The notes under the pieces were generated by a model, which ran no database searches, was not told where the DNA came from, and saw nothing but the letters and a program-made list of their open reading frames with translations. A stretch of 64,000 nt of DNA. Origin: Microcoleus sp. (GTDB taxonomy: Bacteria; Cyanobacteriota; Cyanobacteriia; Cyanobacteriales; Microcoleaceae). The position numbers and the translations under genes were made by a program. The stretch lies in NCBI GenBank assembly GCA_042408215.1, contig JAYFMW010000020.1:512001-576000 (forward strand). Reading direction: 5' to 3'. The first letter of the stretch is position 1, and each line of letters opens with the position of its first letter. This document shows positions 31,587 to 41,110 of the stretch, piece after piece.

Positions 31587-32630
31587 ATGTCTATTAATAA
31601 CCTAGGATCACTTTTTAATCAGGGGTTCCCTGAATTCCAAGAGAATAGACCATTATGGTGGTTACAGCCAACTGACACAGTGGACTATTTAGATGCTATG
31701 ATGGATGAATTTAAAATCAGGCACGTCCCAATTATTGAGCCTATCGATCCTAAAAGTGATGAACCAAGAGGGGAGCTAAAAACAATCATTAGTAAGACAG
31801 ACCTAGTGAAAATTTTAACTCCTCCCAACGAACTATATCCGCCAGAATTTCCTCTGACACCTCAACAAAAATTACAACTGCGAAAATTCAATCAAGAAAT
31901 TAGTGCAAAATGTCTTAATGAAATTGAGGATTTTGCAAAACTTATGACGATACCTGTCAAGACTCTTTCTCTAAGAAATAGTAGAGTTGGAGATGTTTTT
32001 GAGGCTTTAATGAATCCTGTAAGACCTGAAGGAGAAAATTTTACTCGACGATATCGGACTCTATGTGTATATGGAGATAATAAGCTTATCGTAGGAACAA
32101 TATCCTACACCGATGTATTGCGTAAAATCAACGATCCAACAAGTCATACACCTTTCTTAAGGCTAACTATAGGTGAAAATAGCCTATTTAAGAAAAGAGA
32201 GGATCTTACTGTATTAACTGAGGATGATAATTTGTTGCGGGCCCGAAGAATTTTGAAGGAAAATTCCTTTACTCATATTCCTATCACAACAGCAGATGGT
32301 AGATTTGTGACAGGAATAGTTGATGATGTAATTGTTAATACTTTTTTACACGATATAACTTTGACTCAATACTCAAAATTGCCGTTAAAATATATTATGC
32401 TTCCGGTGAATGAGAGAAATAGCGTAAGTCCTGGGACTGTTACCTCTAAAGTGATTGAAACATTTGTTCCAGATAATTCTAAGGATAGACCTACTGCTCT
32501 TGTAGTTTGCACAAAAGACCCTAATAGTGGTAAATTTGCCTTCGATGGAATAATCAGCTATACTGATATTTTTCGAGGCTTTCTAATGTTTATAAATCCT
32601 GGATCGCCAACTCCTGAAACTCCCAAATAA
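31587..32630 (+). CDS. four-CBS-domain protein
   Basis: PTDTV..IRHVPII..IISKTDLV; IVGTISYTDVL; EDDNL..THIPI..VTGIV; LVV..DGIISYTDIF. Start placed after GGAGG RBS. Confidence 0.85.
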   Translation: MSINNLGSLFNQGFPEFQENRPLWWLQPTDTVDYLDAMMDEFKIRHVPIIEPIDPKSDEPRGELKTIISKTDLVKILTPPNELYPPEFPLTPQQKLQLRKFNQEISAKCLNEIEDFAKLMTIPVKTLSLRNSRVGDVFEALMNPVRPEGENFTRRYRTLCVYGDNKLIVGTISYTDVLRKINDPTSHTPFLRLTIGENSLFKKREDLTVLTEDDNLLRARRILKENSFTHIPITTADGRFVTGIVDDVIVNTFLHDITLTQYSKLPLKYIMLPVNERNSVSPGTVTSKVIETFVPDNSKDRPTALVVCTKDPNSGKFAFDGIISYTDIFRGFLMFINPGSPTPETPK

Positions 32631-32674
32631 ACCGCAAGATAATTGACGTAAACTAACTCAAAGAAAGCGAAAAT

Positions 32675-32717
32675 TTTAAAAAATCCCATCCTTTTTTAGG
32701 GGCTGGGATTTTTTAAA
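32675..32717. terminator. probable bidirectional terminator hairpin
   Basis: TTTAAAAAATCCCA...TGGGATTTTTTAAA between the convergent CBS gene and rpsD. Confidence 0.65.
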
Positions 32718-32731
32718 GTCCTCATTCATCA

Positions 32732-32967
32732 GTAGGGACACGGCAATGCCGTGTCCCTCAGTCATCAGGACACGGCAATGCCGTGTCCCGATCGATCCCC
32801 GTAGGGACACGGCAATGCCGTGTCCCTCAGTCATCAGGACACGGCAATGCCGTGTCCCGATCGATCCCCGTAGGGACACGGCAATGCCGTGTCCCTCAGT
32901 CATCAGGACACGGCAATGCCGTGTCCCGATCGATCCCCGTAGGGACACGGCAATGCCGTGTCCCTAC
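32732..32967. repeat. BIME-like array of 7 REP palindromes (69-bp period)
   Basis: GGACACGGCAATGCCGTGTCCC x7 with alternating constant linkers TCAGTCATCA and GATCGATCCCCGTAG. Confidence 0.95.
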
Positions 32968-32987
32968 TACTGGAAATGACTAATAAC

Positions 32988-33596
32988 TTAAGCTTGACGT
33001 GAATAGTATTCCACAACTAGCAGCTCGTTAACCTGAAGCGCAATCCACTCCCGTTCAACAACGCCGTTAACTTTACCAATCAGTTTTTGCTTATCAAATT
33101 CCAAGTGATTGGGTAAGTGAGCCAAACCTGGATCTTTGAGGTTAGTCTCCACCATGAGGCGGGAACGCTCCCGATTTTTTACCGAAATTACATCTCCAGG
33201 CTTGCACTGATAGCTGGCGATGTTGACTTCGCGATCGTTCACAGTTATGTGACCGTGATTTACCAATTGTCTAGCGGACGGAATGGTAGGAGCCATTCCC
33301 ATCCGAAACACAGTGTTGTCCAAGCGCATTTCCAAGAATTGCAGTAACACTTGACCTGTGGAGCCGGTAACTCGGCGAGCTTTCCGAACGTAACGAAGCA
33401 GTTGGCGTTCAGTCACACCGTAATTGAAACGGAGTTTTTGCTTTTCTTGCAAGCGAACCGCATACTCAGAGAGCTTTTTGCGGTTTTGACCATGCTGCCC
33501 GGGTGGATAATCCCGTCTGGGTGTTTTGCGAGTTAGCCCAGGCAAATCCTTTAGGCGACGGACGATTCTTAATCGGGGACCCCGATATCGAGACAT
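32988..33596 (-). CDS. rpsD: 30S ribosomal protein S4
   Basis: [40 protein letters not shown]. Confidence 0.99.
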   Translation of the reverse strand: MSRYRGPRLRIVRRLKDLPGLTRKTPRRDYPPGQHGQNRKKLSEYAVRLQEKQKLRFNYGVTERQLLRYVRKARRVTGSTGQVLLQFLEMRLDNTVFRMGMAPTIPSARQLVNHGHITVNDREVNIASYQCKPGDVISVKNRERSRLMVETNLKDPGLAHLPNHLEFDKQKLIGKVNGVVEREWIALQVNELLVVEYYSRQA

Positions 33597-33645
33597 TGAT
33601 TTTCCTCTCTAATGTCTGTATAAAATTTTATACAGGCTTTATACT

Positions 33646-33915
33646 TTGGCACTCTCAGGTCTAAAAACGCTGAGATTTTTGGTTCTGCGAGACGACTTGC
33701 CGAGGCTGGATTACTCCAACTTCAGTAGTGGTCATCTCTCCCCAAACGTTGCTCGGAGCGGTGTCCGAAAGTTTCGGTATGCCCTACCGTACTCAATGAG
33801 TTTTTTGTCTAGTTAAGTCTTGTCCAAATTTAGCTTTCCTAAACTGCAACACCGTTAGGTGAGACCACGTACTCAACTAATCTAGTTAAGTTTTTACGTT
33901 GCTTAGTTATACTCA
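33646..33915 (-). mobile_element. degenerate IS605-family remnant (right end + tnpB 3' tail/omegaRNA)
   Basis: Minus strand reads GTACGGTAGGGCATACCGAAAC...AACGTTTGGGGAGA...GGAGTAATCC (tnpB-tail pattern), then a degenerate end hairpin. Left boundary uncertain. Confidence 0.6.
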
Positions 33916-33936
33916 AATTTTGAACCAATCCGAATC

Positions 33937-34540
33937 TTGACATACTCACCGCCCTAAAAGTGCGGTGATTCTTGACGTTTCACAGGGTGATGCTACGGTC
34001 GTAGTCTTATTCTGCTATACAAAACTTGGCTAAACTTATTCAAGCTTCACCATTCAACTAGAAGTGGTTTCTAGAGGGTCTGCTTCCTGCTTCTGCCAAG
34101 GGAGTCGGCTCCGTACGGACACGGCACTGCCGTGTCCCTACAGTCCACAGGCGTAAATTCGGGTGTAGCCCACCCTATGCATCACGTTGTATAACTGTTG
34201 AAGCTTTTAGCCATTGTTCAACCTGTATTTTCCACCTATTTAACGAATCGTGGTCTCCCGTTCGACCTTTTTACAGGCTGGTCAGTTTTGAATCGACGCT
34301 CGGTTTACAAACCAGATATTTTGCCTCATCGTTTCGGCATGAGCGTCAAATTAGCAGAAAATTACAACGCTGTCAATATCATCACCGTGAAGAACTATGA
34401 GCAACTTTAGACAAGTATTTGGCTATTTAGTCTAGCTCCCTCCCCGTCCATTTAGAGTCGTGGAAATGCCCTATCCCGACTTCTTTACATTATAGCATAA
34501 AGCCGTCCTAGAAGGACGGGGTTTTCAACCCAAATTTTCG
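33937..34540 (-). mobile_element. non-autonomous IS605-family element without tnpA/tnpB
   Basis: Right end TTGACATACTCACCGCCCTAAAAGTGCGGTGATTCTT, tnpB tail (GGCTACACCCGAATTTACGCCTGTGGA on minus strand), left-end hairpin AAAGCCGTCCTAGAAGGACGGGG. Confidence 0.75.
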
Positions 34541-34628
34541 ATCGAGTATGTGGAGGGTGTTCAACCAAGAAATAGTCCCCTGGCTTTAGTCACGCGGGTG
34601 GCGACCATCGGGGCCCTTTGATTATGTT

Positions 34629-35141
34629 TTGACACTCCCCAGCGATCGAGGCGTGGGGATTCTTGGTTCTAGCGACACACCTTAAAACTAGCTATCCTTG
34701 CGGCAATACTTAAACCAAATATCCGTTCAAAGGAACCAAATATCGAGCCTAATTTAGTTAGTCCCAGAGGGTTTTATCTCCCCAAGCGTTCGAGAATTAC
34801 TTCTCATGTTACCGGATGCCCTACGGTACGTTTTAACTTCCCAAAATTTACTTTTCTGATTTGGGCTGACGTTAGTTAGCCTAGCTATGTTTATTGGTGG
34901 TTTTCGCCACCCACTAACCATTATTGTTTTCCGACCCGTCGTTTGAGCTTGGTGTCTCATTTGTATCGGCGGTTATTCTACTTGTGGTATTAGTATAATT
35001 GTACCCTGTTTTTAATAAAATGCCAGAAAAATTGAAAAATAAACATTGATGAGGCTAGACAGCTTAAACAAAAATTGGAATCAATTAAAGCCGTCCTAGA
35101 AGGACGGGGCCCCGGCCACCCGCTACGCTCCGCCCAATTTG
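34629..35141 (-). mobile_element. non-autonomous IS605-family element without tnpA/tnpB
   Basis: Right end TTGACACTCCCCAGCG...GTGGGGATTCTT, tnpB tail GTACCGTAGGGCATCCGG..AACGCTTGGGGAGA (minus), same left-end hairpin at 35087. Confidence 0.75.
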
Positions 35142-35216
35142 ATCGGTAAATTCTGAAGGAAAACGCGATCGCCCGATCGCACTAATTAGTCAAAAAACTG
35201 ATAACTTAAATCTGCC

Positions 35217-35771
35217 ATGCACCACCCAAAATTTGCCCGCAGTTCTGCCCAAAAGCCCGCACCCAAAGGCTCACAGCCTACGGGGCGCTGGATATGGGCT
35301 CTGGGCACACAGCTAGCAACCCTCTTGTTGTTAGCCGGATCACTTCCCACGGAGCCAGCATCAGCCATCACTATGAGATTCCCTCGAAGTAAAAATCCCT
35401 ATCGCGTCTGCATTCAGGAACTAATCGGAGCCGGAGTTGTAGCAGATGCGGCCTCCGGCGCTTGTGCGGGCGCGCTCCATCCCCGCGACATATCTAAGTG
35501 CGTCGTTCAAATCAACGGTAAAACCAATATTGCGGCTGCGGATGCCCTATCTAGCTGTCAGCGGGTGCGCCGTCCCAACGAGTTAGCTACTTGTGTCGTA
35601 GACATTAACGGCAAATCTCGAACTCAAGCTGCGGCTCCGCTGTTGGTGCTCGATCAATGTCGTCGCAGTTTATTGCCGCAACAGTTTTCTGAATGCGTAG
35701 TCGGATTGAGCCGCCAGCTCGACTTTCCCACGGACCGATTGATGATGACTTGTCTCAATTCTAGGACGTGA
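35217..35771 (+). CDS. secreted Cys-rich hypothetical protein
   Basis: Signal-like hydrophobic stretch, repeated C....(R/H/L)P.....CVV motifs. Confidence 0.7.
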   Translation: MHHPKFARSSAQKPAPKGSQPTGRWIWALGTQLATLLLLAGSLPTEPASAITMRFPRSKNPYRVCIQELIGAGVVADAASGACAGALHPRDISKCVVQINGKTNIAAADALSSCQRVRRPNELATCVVDINGKSRTQAAAPLLVLDQCRRSLLPQQFSECVVGLSRQLDFPTDRLMMTCLNSRT

Positions 35772-36022
35772 GTCAGTTGGATGGGAGTCCAGCGCCGACG
35801 CCTCCTGCGGTGCTAATTTCGCCCCCTTCGCGGCTCAATTAATTAGTCATTTATTAGTTATTGGTTAGTTGTTATTTGTTACTTGTTGCTGGTTGGTTCC
35901 CAGTTATTAGGTGTTAGTCGTTGATGGATTCTGACTAATCACCAATTACCCATAAATCATCATCAATAACCAATCCCAAATAACTCACAACCAATCACCA
36001 ATAACTAATAAATAATAACTAA

Positions 36023-36130
36023 TATAGCCTTTCTCAGAAAGATGAGGTACGACTGGGCATAGGGCATGGGGCATGGGGCATAGGGCATAGGGTTCCGTGG
36101 GCATACCTCACTTTTTTGAGAACCGCTATA
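36023..36130. mobile_element. short MITE with TA-flanked TIRs enclosing (GGGCAT[A/G])n heptamers
   Basis: TATAGCCTTTCTCAGAAAGATGAGGTA ... TACCTCACTTTTTTGAGAACCGCTATA imperfect 27-bp inverted repeat. Confidence 0.7.
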
Positions 36131-36163
36131 AATGATCGATAATCACCAATAACTAATCCTAAA

Positions 36164-36511
36164 ATGTCAGAAAATTTTGTTCAAATCACAGTCGAAGAAT
36201 TAGGTCGCCGTTTAGCAGAACCAACTGCTGATAAATTCCAGCTTGTGGACGTGCGGGAACCTCACGAAATTGAGCAAGCCGCGATCGCAGGATTTGCGAT
36301 TTTTCCGCTGAGTGAGTTTGCTGAATGGTCCGACACAATAGCCGATCGGCTCGATCGCGACACAGAAACCCTAGTGCTTTGTCATCATGGAGTGCGATCG
36401 GCTCAAATGTGCCAGTGGCTGAGCGGTGAAGGCTTTACCAACGTCAAAAATATAGTTGGCGGCATCGATGCTTACTCCATGTTGGTAGATCGAACTATCC
36501 CACGTTATTAA
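36164..36511 (+). CDS. single rhodanese-domain protein
   Basis: LVDVREPHE, LCHHGVRS, GGIDAYS. Confidence 0.92.
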   Translation: MSENFVQITVEELGRRLAEPTADKFQLVDVREPHEIEQAAIAGFAIFPLSEFAEWSDTIADRLDRDTETLVLCHHGVRSAQMCQWLSGEGFTNVKNIVGGIDAYSMLVDRTIPRY

Positions 36512-37100
36512 CACCAAATCCGATTTTTAATGCTCCTATTCTCTACAGAAAATCTACCGTGACAATAGGGTATCCCCGCGCTGCCGCAGGAGTGAATTAT
36601 TCGCTGCTTCTGTGAACTTCTGCACTTTTTTATGGGAGCTTTAATGCGAGGCCGAGGGGTTTGTATTTTTCCGATCTACACGCTCGCTTCTGCCGGGGTT
36701 AGATCGATCTAAAATCATCGTCAAGCGGTATGGGGCTTTGGGAAATTCGCCTGCTACAACCGTTTGGATGATCTTTGATGATTTTTGGAATCCTGCCATA
36801 GTTGTTCTGCGAAGCCGATCCCCGATCAGTTTGATACGATCGCCCTGGTTGTGGCGATCGCCTGCGCGGTGGAGATGCGCTCTGCGGCTGTCTTCCCAAA
36901 TATACCAGTCAGCCGAAGGGAGGTTTGAGATTTGAGAAGTGAGAATTACTCAAGAGAATAAAAAAGCAAATCTTTAAAGAATCCGATCTCTCGATGGAGG
37001 TGGGAGTGTGAATTTGCTATAGTGGTGTGACTTTACCCGCCGATCAAACCCTGCTTCAACTAGACGAGACGGACAGAAATTTTTCGGCGATCGAGACGCG

Positions 37101-37330
37101 GTCAGCACCCCGCGCTCTTTGCGACGGGGCTTCGTGCCTCACTGAGGGTGATAGTTGACCAGCCTAAGTGCCTTGTGTACTACGTTTTTTGAGTCATGAC
37201 ACCCTGCGGATGCGTAGCTAGTCCCCGGCTCTGTCGTTAGTGGTTAAACATCTTTATTGAGGCTCAGGAAGTGCTGCTAACCTAACAAGCTCTTAAAACC
37301 TTGGCGAAGCTAACTTTACCCAGCAATGGG
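37101..37330 (+). ncRNA. IscB-type omegaRNA (HEARO-like), orphan
   Basis: GTCAGCACCCCG..CGGGGCTT, GTTGACCAGCCTAAG, CTACGTT, ATGACACCCT..GATGC..GCTAGTCC..GCTCTGTCG, TTAAACA, TTGGCGAAGC.AACTTTACC in the canonical order. Confidence 0.8.
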
Positions 37331-37435
37331 TTTGGAGACAACCAGATCTCCACAGAGGGGCAACCATGCCCCTCTACCCCGAAAGGGGAAATATAAAGCC
37401 GTCCTAGAAGGACGGGGTTTCAACCCATTTTTTTG
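37101..37435 (+). mobile_element. non-autonomous IscB/IS200-605 derivative (omegaRNA + end hairpin, no ORF)
   Basis: omegaRNA followed by short hairpins and the AAAGCCGTCCTAGAAGGACGGGGTTTCAACCC end shared with the tnpB elements. Confidence 0.75.
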
Positions 37436-37518
37436 ATGAATTTGCGCCTCTACCTGAAAAATCAGTCATCTGTCGCCGTCGCGCAGGCGAGAGCCCCCAT
37501 CACAAGGAGAAATAATCA

Positions 37519-38781
37519 TTGTCACGCCGCTACCTGTTCACCTCTGAATCTGTTACCGAAGGTCATCCAGATAAAATCTGCGATCAAATTTCAGATACAA
37601 TCTTAGATGCCTTACTGACCGAAGACCCTAAAAGTCGCGTCGCCGCCGAAGTTGTAGTCAACACGGGCTTGATGCTGCTGACTGGAGAAATTACCACGAA
37701 AGCTCAGGTAAATTACATAGAATTAGCGCGGAAAAAAATAGCCGATATTGGCTACATCCACGCTGATAACGGCTTTTCTGCCAATAGCTGCTCAGTATTG
37801 GTAGCTCTTGACACACAGTCACCCGATATTGCTCAAGGGGTGAATACAGCCCACGAAAGTCGGGAACAATCGAGTGAAGAGGAATTAGACGCCATAGGAG
37901 CCGGCGATCAAGGCTTGATGTTCGGCTTTGCTTGCAACGAAACACCGGAATTGATGCCACTCCCGATTAGTTTAGCGCACCGGATTTGCCGCCAATTAGC
38001 AGCAGTCAGAAAAACCGGTCAATTGCCTTACCTACGTCCCGACGGCAAAAGCCAAGTTACGGTGATTTACGAAGACGGCAAACCTGTTGGTATTGATACC
38101 ATCTTAATTTCTACGCAGCACACAGAGGCGATCGGCGACATTACTGACCCGGCCGCAGTTCAAGCCAAGATTAAAGAAGACCTTTGGACTGCTGTCGTCG
38201 AACCCGTATTTGCCGATATTGCCATCAAACCAGATGCACAAACTCGATTCCTTGTCAACCCCACAGGCAAATTTGTGGTCGGCGGGCCTCAAGGAGATTC
38301 AGGTTTGACGGGGCGCAAAATTATTGTGGATACCTACGGCGGTTATTCCCGTCACGGGGGCGGCGCTTTTTCTGGGAAAGACCCCACAAAGGTAGACCGC
38401 AGCGCGGCTTATGCTTGTCGCTACGTGGCTAAAAATATCGTGGCGGCCGGTTTGGCCGAAAAGTGTGAAGTGCAGTTGAGTTATGCGATCGGCGTGGCGC
38501 GGCCAGTTAGCATGATGATCGAAACTTTTGGCACTGGAAAAGTTGATGACGATCGCCTGTTAGAAGTTGTGAAGCAGCATTTTGAACTGCGTCCAGCGGG
38601 GATTATTCAAGCATTCAACTTGCAGAATTTACCTGCGGAAAGAGGCGGTCGTTTCTATCAAGACGTGGCTGCTTACGGTCACTTCGGACGCACTGATTTA
38701 GACTTGCCTTGGGAGCAAACTGATAAAGTCGAACTGTTGAAAGCAGCTTTGAGCCAGCAGTTGTCAGGCGTGGCGGGCTAG
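37519..38781 (+). CDS. metK: S-adenosylmethionine synthetase
   Basis: [45 protein letters not shown] start with AAGGAG RBS. Confidence 0.98.
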   Translation: MSRRYLFTSESVTEGHPDKICDQISDTILDALLTEDPKSRVAAEVVVNTGLMLLTGEITTKAQVNYIELARKKIADIGYIHADNGFSANSCSVLVALDTQSPDIAQGVNTAHESREQSSEEELDAIGAGDQGLMFGFACNETPELMPLPISLAHRICRQLAAVRKTGQLPYLRPDGKSQVTVIYEDGKPVGIDTILISTQHTEAIGDITDPAAVQAKIKEDLWTAVVEPVFADIAIKPDAQTRFLVNPTGKFVVGGPQGDSGLTGRKIIVDTYGGYSRHGGGAFSGKDPTKVDRSAAYACRYVAKNIVAAGLAEKCEVQLSYAIGVARPVSMMIETFGTGKVDDDRLLEVVKQHFELRPAGIIQAFNLQNLPAERGGRFYQDVAAYGHFGRTDLDLPWEQTDKVELLKAALSQQLSGVAG

Positions 38782-38791
38782 TAAAATTTCT

Positions 38792-39031
38792 TGTGGAACG
38801 GGCTTCTAGCCCGTTGCTAAGGCCCCACAAGAAATTTTATTGTTTGTGGAACGGGCTTCTAGCCCGTTGCTAGCCGCTCAGATCAAATCCGTTGGTATCC
38901 GAATCATTCATCTCTCTCTTCTCTTCCTCTGTGTCCTCTGTGGCCTCTGCGGTTTAATAATTCCAAAACAACCGTAAACGAGATCGCAAGAAATTTAATT
39001 AATTGTGGAACGGGCTTCTAGCCCGTTGCTA
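38792..39031. repeat. three REP-like hairpins TGTGGAACGGGCTTCTAGCCCGTTGCTA plus one CCTCTGCGGTT-family unit
   Basis: Copies at about 38792, 38846 and 39005. Confidence 0.88.
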
Positions 39032-39054
39032 ATATTGATACCTAATGTTACTAA

Positions 39055-39468
39055 ATGCCATTTTTAGATCCATTACAATCAGCCATTCGCCGTTTCAAAT
39101 CTTTATTAAAACAGCAATTTGCGGTTCCAGTAGACGCAAAAAATCAAGTAACGCTTCCCAAGTCGTTGGCGCCTCATAACACTGGAATGCGCGGTGTCTG
39201 GATACCAAGCACAGACTGCAAAGTTCTCACCTCAAAACAACGAATTGCAGAAGCAATGGACTTGATAGCCGATACGGGATTTAATACAGTATTTCCTGTA
39301 GTCTGGAACCGAGGTTTTACAGCTTATCCTTCTCAAATTATGCGCGAACAATTTGGGGTAGAACTTGACGCCCGCTATCTAGGTCGTGACCCCTTAGCAG
39401 AATTATTGAAGCAAATAGAGTTGGTTTAAAAGTTATTCCTTGGTTTGAATACGGTTTTGTCAGTTCTT
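39055..39468 (+). pseudogene. GHL10/DUF187-like glycoside hydrolase, frameshifted and truncated
   Basis: MRGVW, GFNTVFPVVWNRG, DPLAE. After a frameshift near 39403 it continues IEANRVGLKVIPWFEYGF up to the IS end. Confidence 0.85.
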
Positions 39469-40858
39469 GTGACATCACTCCGCCCGGTCGGTACGTCGCG
39501 GACTAAGAATCACTTGTTAGGTTTCCTAGTTGTTCCCTTACGGGATTTCGACTTTGACCTAGGCTGAGACATCTCAACCCCCGGCCAACCGTCTGCATAG
39601 GCATTTTGAATTCCCGACTGTCCATCGGTACTAATCAGTTCTATTCCCCTATTTCTGATCGCTTGACCACTAGCAACATCCCTATCCGTTGTATAGCCAC
39701 AATTAGAACAAGAATGAACTCTCACACTCAAATCCTTTCTAACTTCTGCACCACACTCAGGACACTCCTGGGAAGTCCCCCTAGCACTAACCTCACCAAA
39801 GAATTTACCGCGCTTCCAACACACATACTTGGTGATAGTTCGGAATTGTCCAAATCCCTCCGCAAGCATTTGTTTCCCAAGCATTCCTTGGGCGGGGATT
39901 CGGTAATCCAAATCTTCCATGAAGACCATATCGGCTGCCCCGCAAAGGACATGAGCTTGTTTGAAGTGAAAATCTTTACGGGTGTTATCAATTCTGTGGT
40001 GAATTCTAGCAACCTTGATGCGCTGCTTCTCGTGATTTTTAGACCGTTTCTTTTTTCGAGAAAGTCTGCGTTGCAGCAATTTGAGCTTGCGGAGCATGAC
40101 TTTTAAGAACTTAGGTGATTTTACGAGCATCCCGTCACTGGTTGCTAAAAACTTGGAAAGTCCAATATCTACTCCAATCGGATGACCCTGTGGACTAGGG
40201 TTGGGGATGTTAACATCACATTGGATGTTAATAGATGCGTACCAAATATCCGCTTTATTAATTATTCGGACTTGCTTTACTACAAACCCCTGTGGGATTG
40301 GGCGATGGAGGTTAATTGAAATCAACCCCAATTTTGGTAAGGCAATATGTACGACCGTCACAGGATTCTGCTTGAACTGGGGAAACAACAAAGACTTAAA
40401 TTGTCCAAACTTTTTAAATCGAGGGAACCCATGTCCAACTTTTTGAAATCCTTCCCAGGCTCGGTGCAATTGTTTAAGCGCTTGCTGCAATACTTGGCTT
40501 GGTACTTTACCCAATCGGGGAAATACCTTTTTAGCACTTGGCAGAGCATTAAGCTGTTTTACCTCGCCAGGGAAAGGGCTATCAGCAGGCATGATGTACT
40601 CATGACTGATGGAACATCTGTCAACCATGCATTTCCGACTATTGCACCAGTCCTTGATTTCTCGCAGTCCGTAGTTATATGCGACGCGACAAGTGTTCAT
40701 CCACTCTTTGAGCAACTGTTCTTGAGCGGTATTTGGGTAGACTCGGTAGCGGTAGTTCATGGTTAACATTCCACTACTCTAGCACATTTAGTGGTAACTG
40801 TGTCTCTAGTAAACATAAAGCCGTCCTTCTAGGACGGGGTTTTAAACCCAATTTGCTG
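39469..40858 (-). mobile_element. IS605-family element carrying tnpB only (IS1341-like)
   Basis: tnpB ORF, left-end hairpin AAAGCCGTCCTTCTAGGACGGGG at 40817. No tnpA. Confidence 0.85.
39510..40769 (-). CDS. tnpB: RNA-guided endonuclease TnpB
   Basis: YRYRVYP, RuvC GVDIG / MEDL / DRD, Zn finger CPECG..CSNCG. Confidence 0.95.
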   Translation of the reverse strand: MLTMNYRYRVYPNTAQEQLLKEWMNTCRVAYNYGLREIKDWCNSRKCMVDRCSISHEYIMPADSPFPGEVKQLNALPSAKKVFPRLGKVPSQVLQQALKQLHRAWEGFQKVGHGFPRFKKFGQFKSLLFPQFKQNPVTVVHIALPKLGLISINLHRPIPQGFVVKQVRIINKADIWYASINIQCDVNIPNPSPQGHPIGVDIGLSKFLATSDGMLVKSPKFLKVMLRKLKLLQRRLSRKKKRSKNHEKQRIKVARIHHRIDNTRKDFHFKQAHVLCGAADMVFMEDLDYRIPAQGMLGKQMLAEGFGQFRTITKYVCWKRGKFFGEVSARGTSQECPECGAEVRKDLSVRVHSCSNCGYTTDRDVASGQAIRNRGIELISTDGQSGIQNAYADGWPGVEMSQPRSKSKSRKGTTRKPNK

Positions 40859-41110
40859 ATAAAATTATAGTCTAGAGCTGAGCTAGTTAAGATCGCAGCA
40901 ATGCCAGGCGGCAAACGCTACGAATTGTAAACCCGATCGCCCAAAATTTTCAGATAGTTAATGATTGAGGAGGTGCAAAGCATAGCCCGATCGAATATGT
41001 CCGACCGGTGGTGCATTTTTTAGATAAGTTTAGTTGCCGTATTTTTGTTAAGACAACTAATTTAAAAGAGAAGTATCAAGCGGACACAAAAATATTAGGA
41101 TAATAAATCA

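Noticed and set aside
14755..32630. Functional link between type III cOA signalling and the adk-KAP-CBS island
   Set aside because: They are separated by guaA and cbiD and differ in HIP1 content. There is no direct evidence, so it is kept only as a ligand to test.
32732..32967. CRISPR mini-array
   Set aside because: Linkers are only 10-15 bp and alternate between two fixed sequences, which is REP/BIME-like.
32676..32983. ORFs 32676-32948, 32746-32979, 32783-32983
   Set aside because: These are translations of the 69-bp REP array with no independent coding evidence.
36540..37011. Possible degraded gene or IS remnant before the omegaRNA
   Set aside because: Short open frames with no recognisable motif. 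Only a weak IS-end-like AAGAATCC..GGGAGTGTGAA.
37101..37518. SAM riboswitch upstream of metK
   Set aside because: No SAM-I (ATCxAGAG...GATG) or SAM-II core was recognised. The structured region matches an IscB omegaRNA and an IS end instead.
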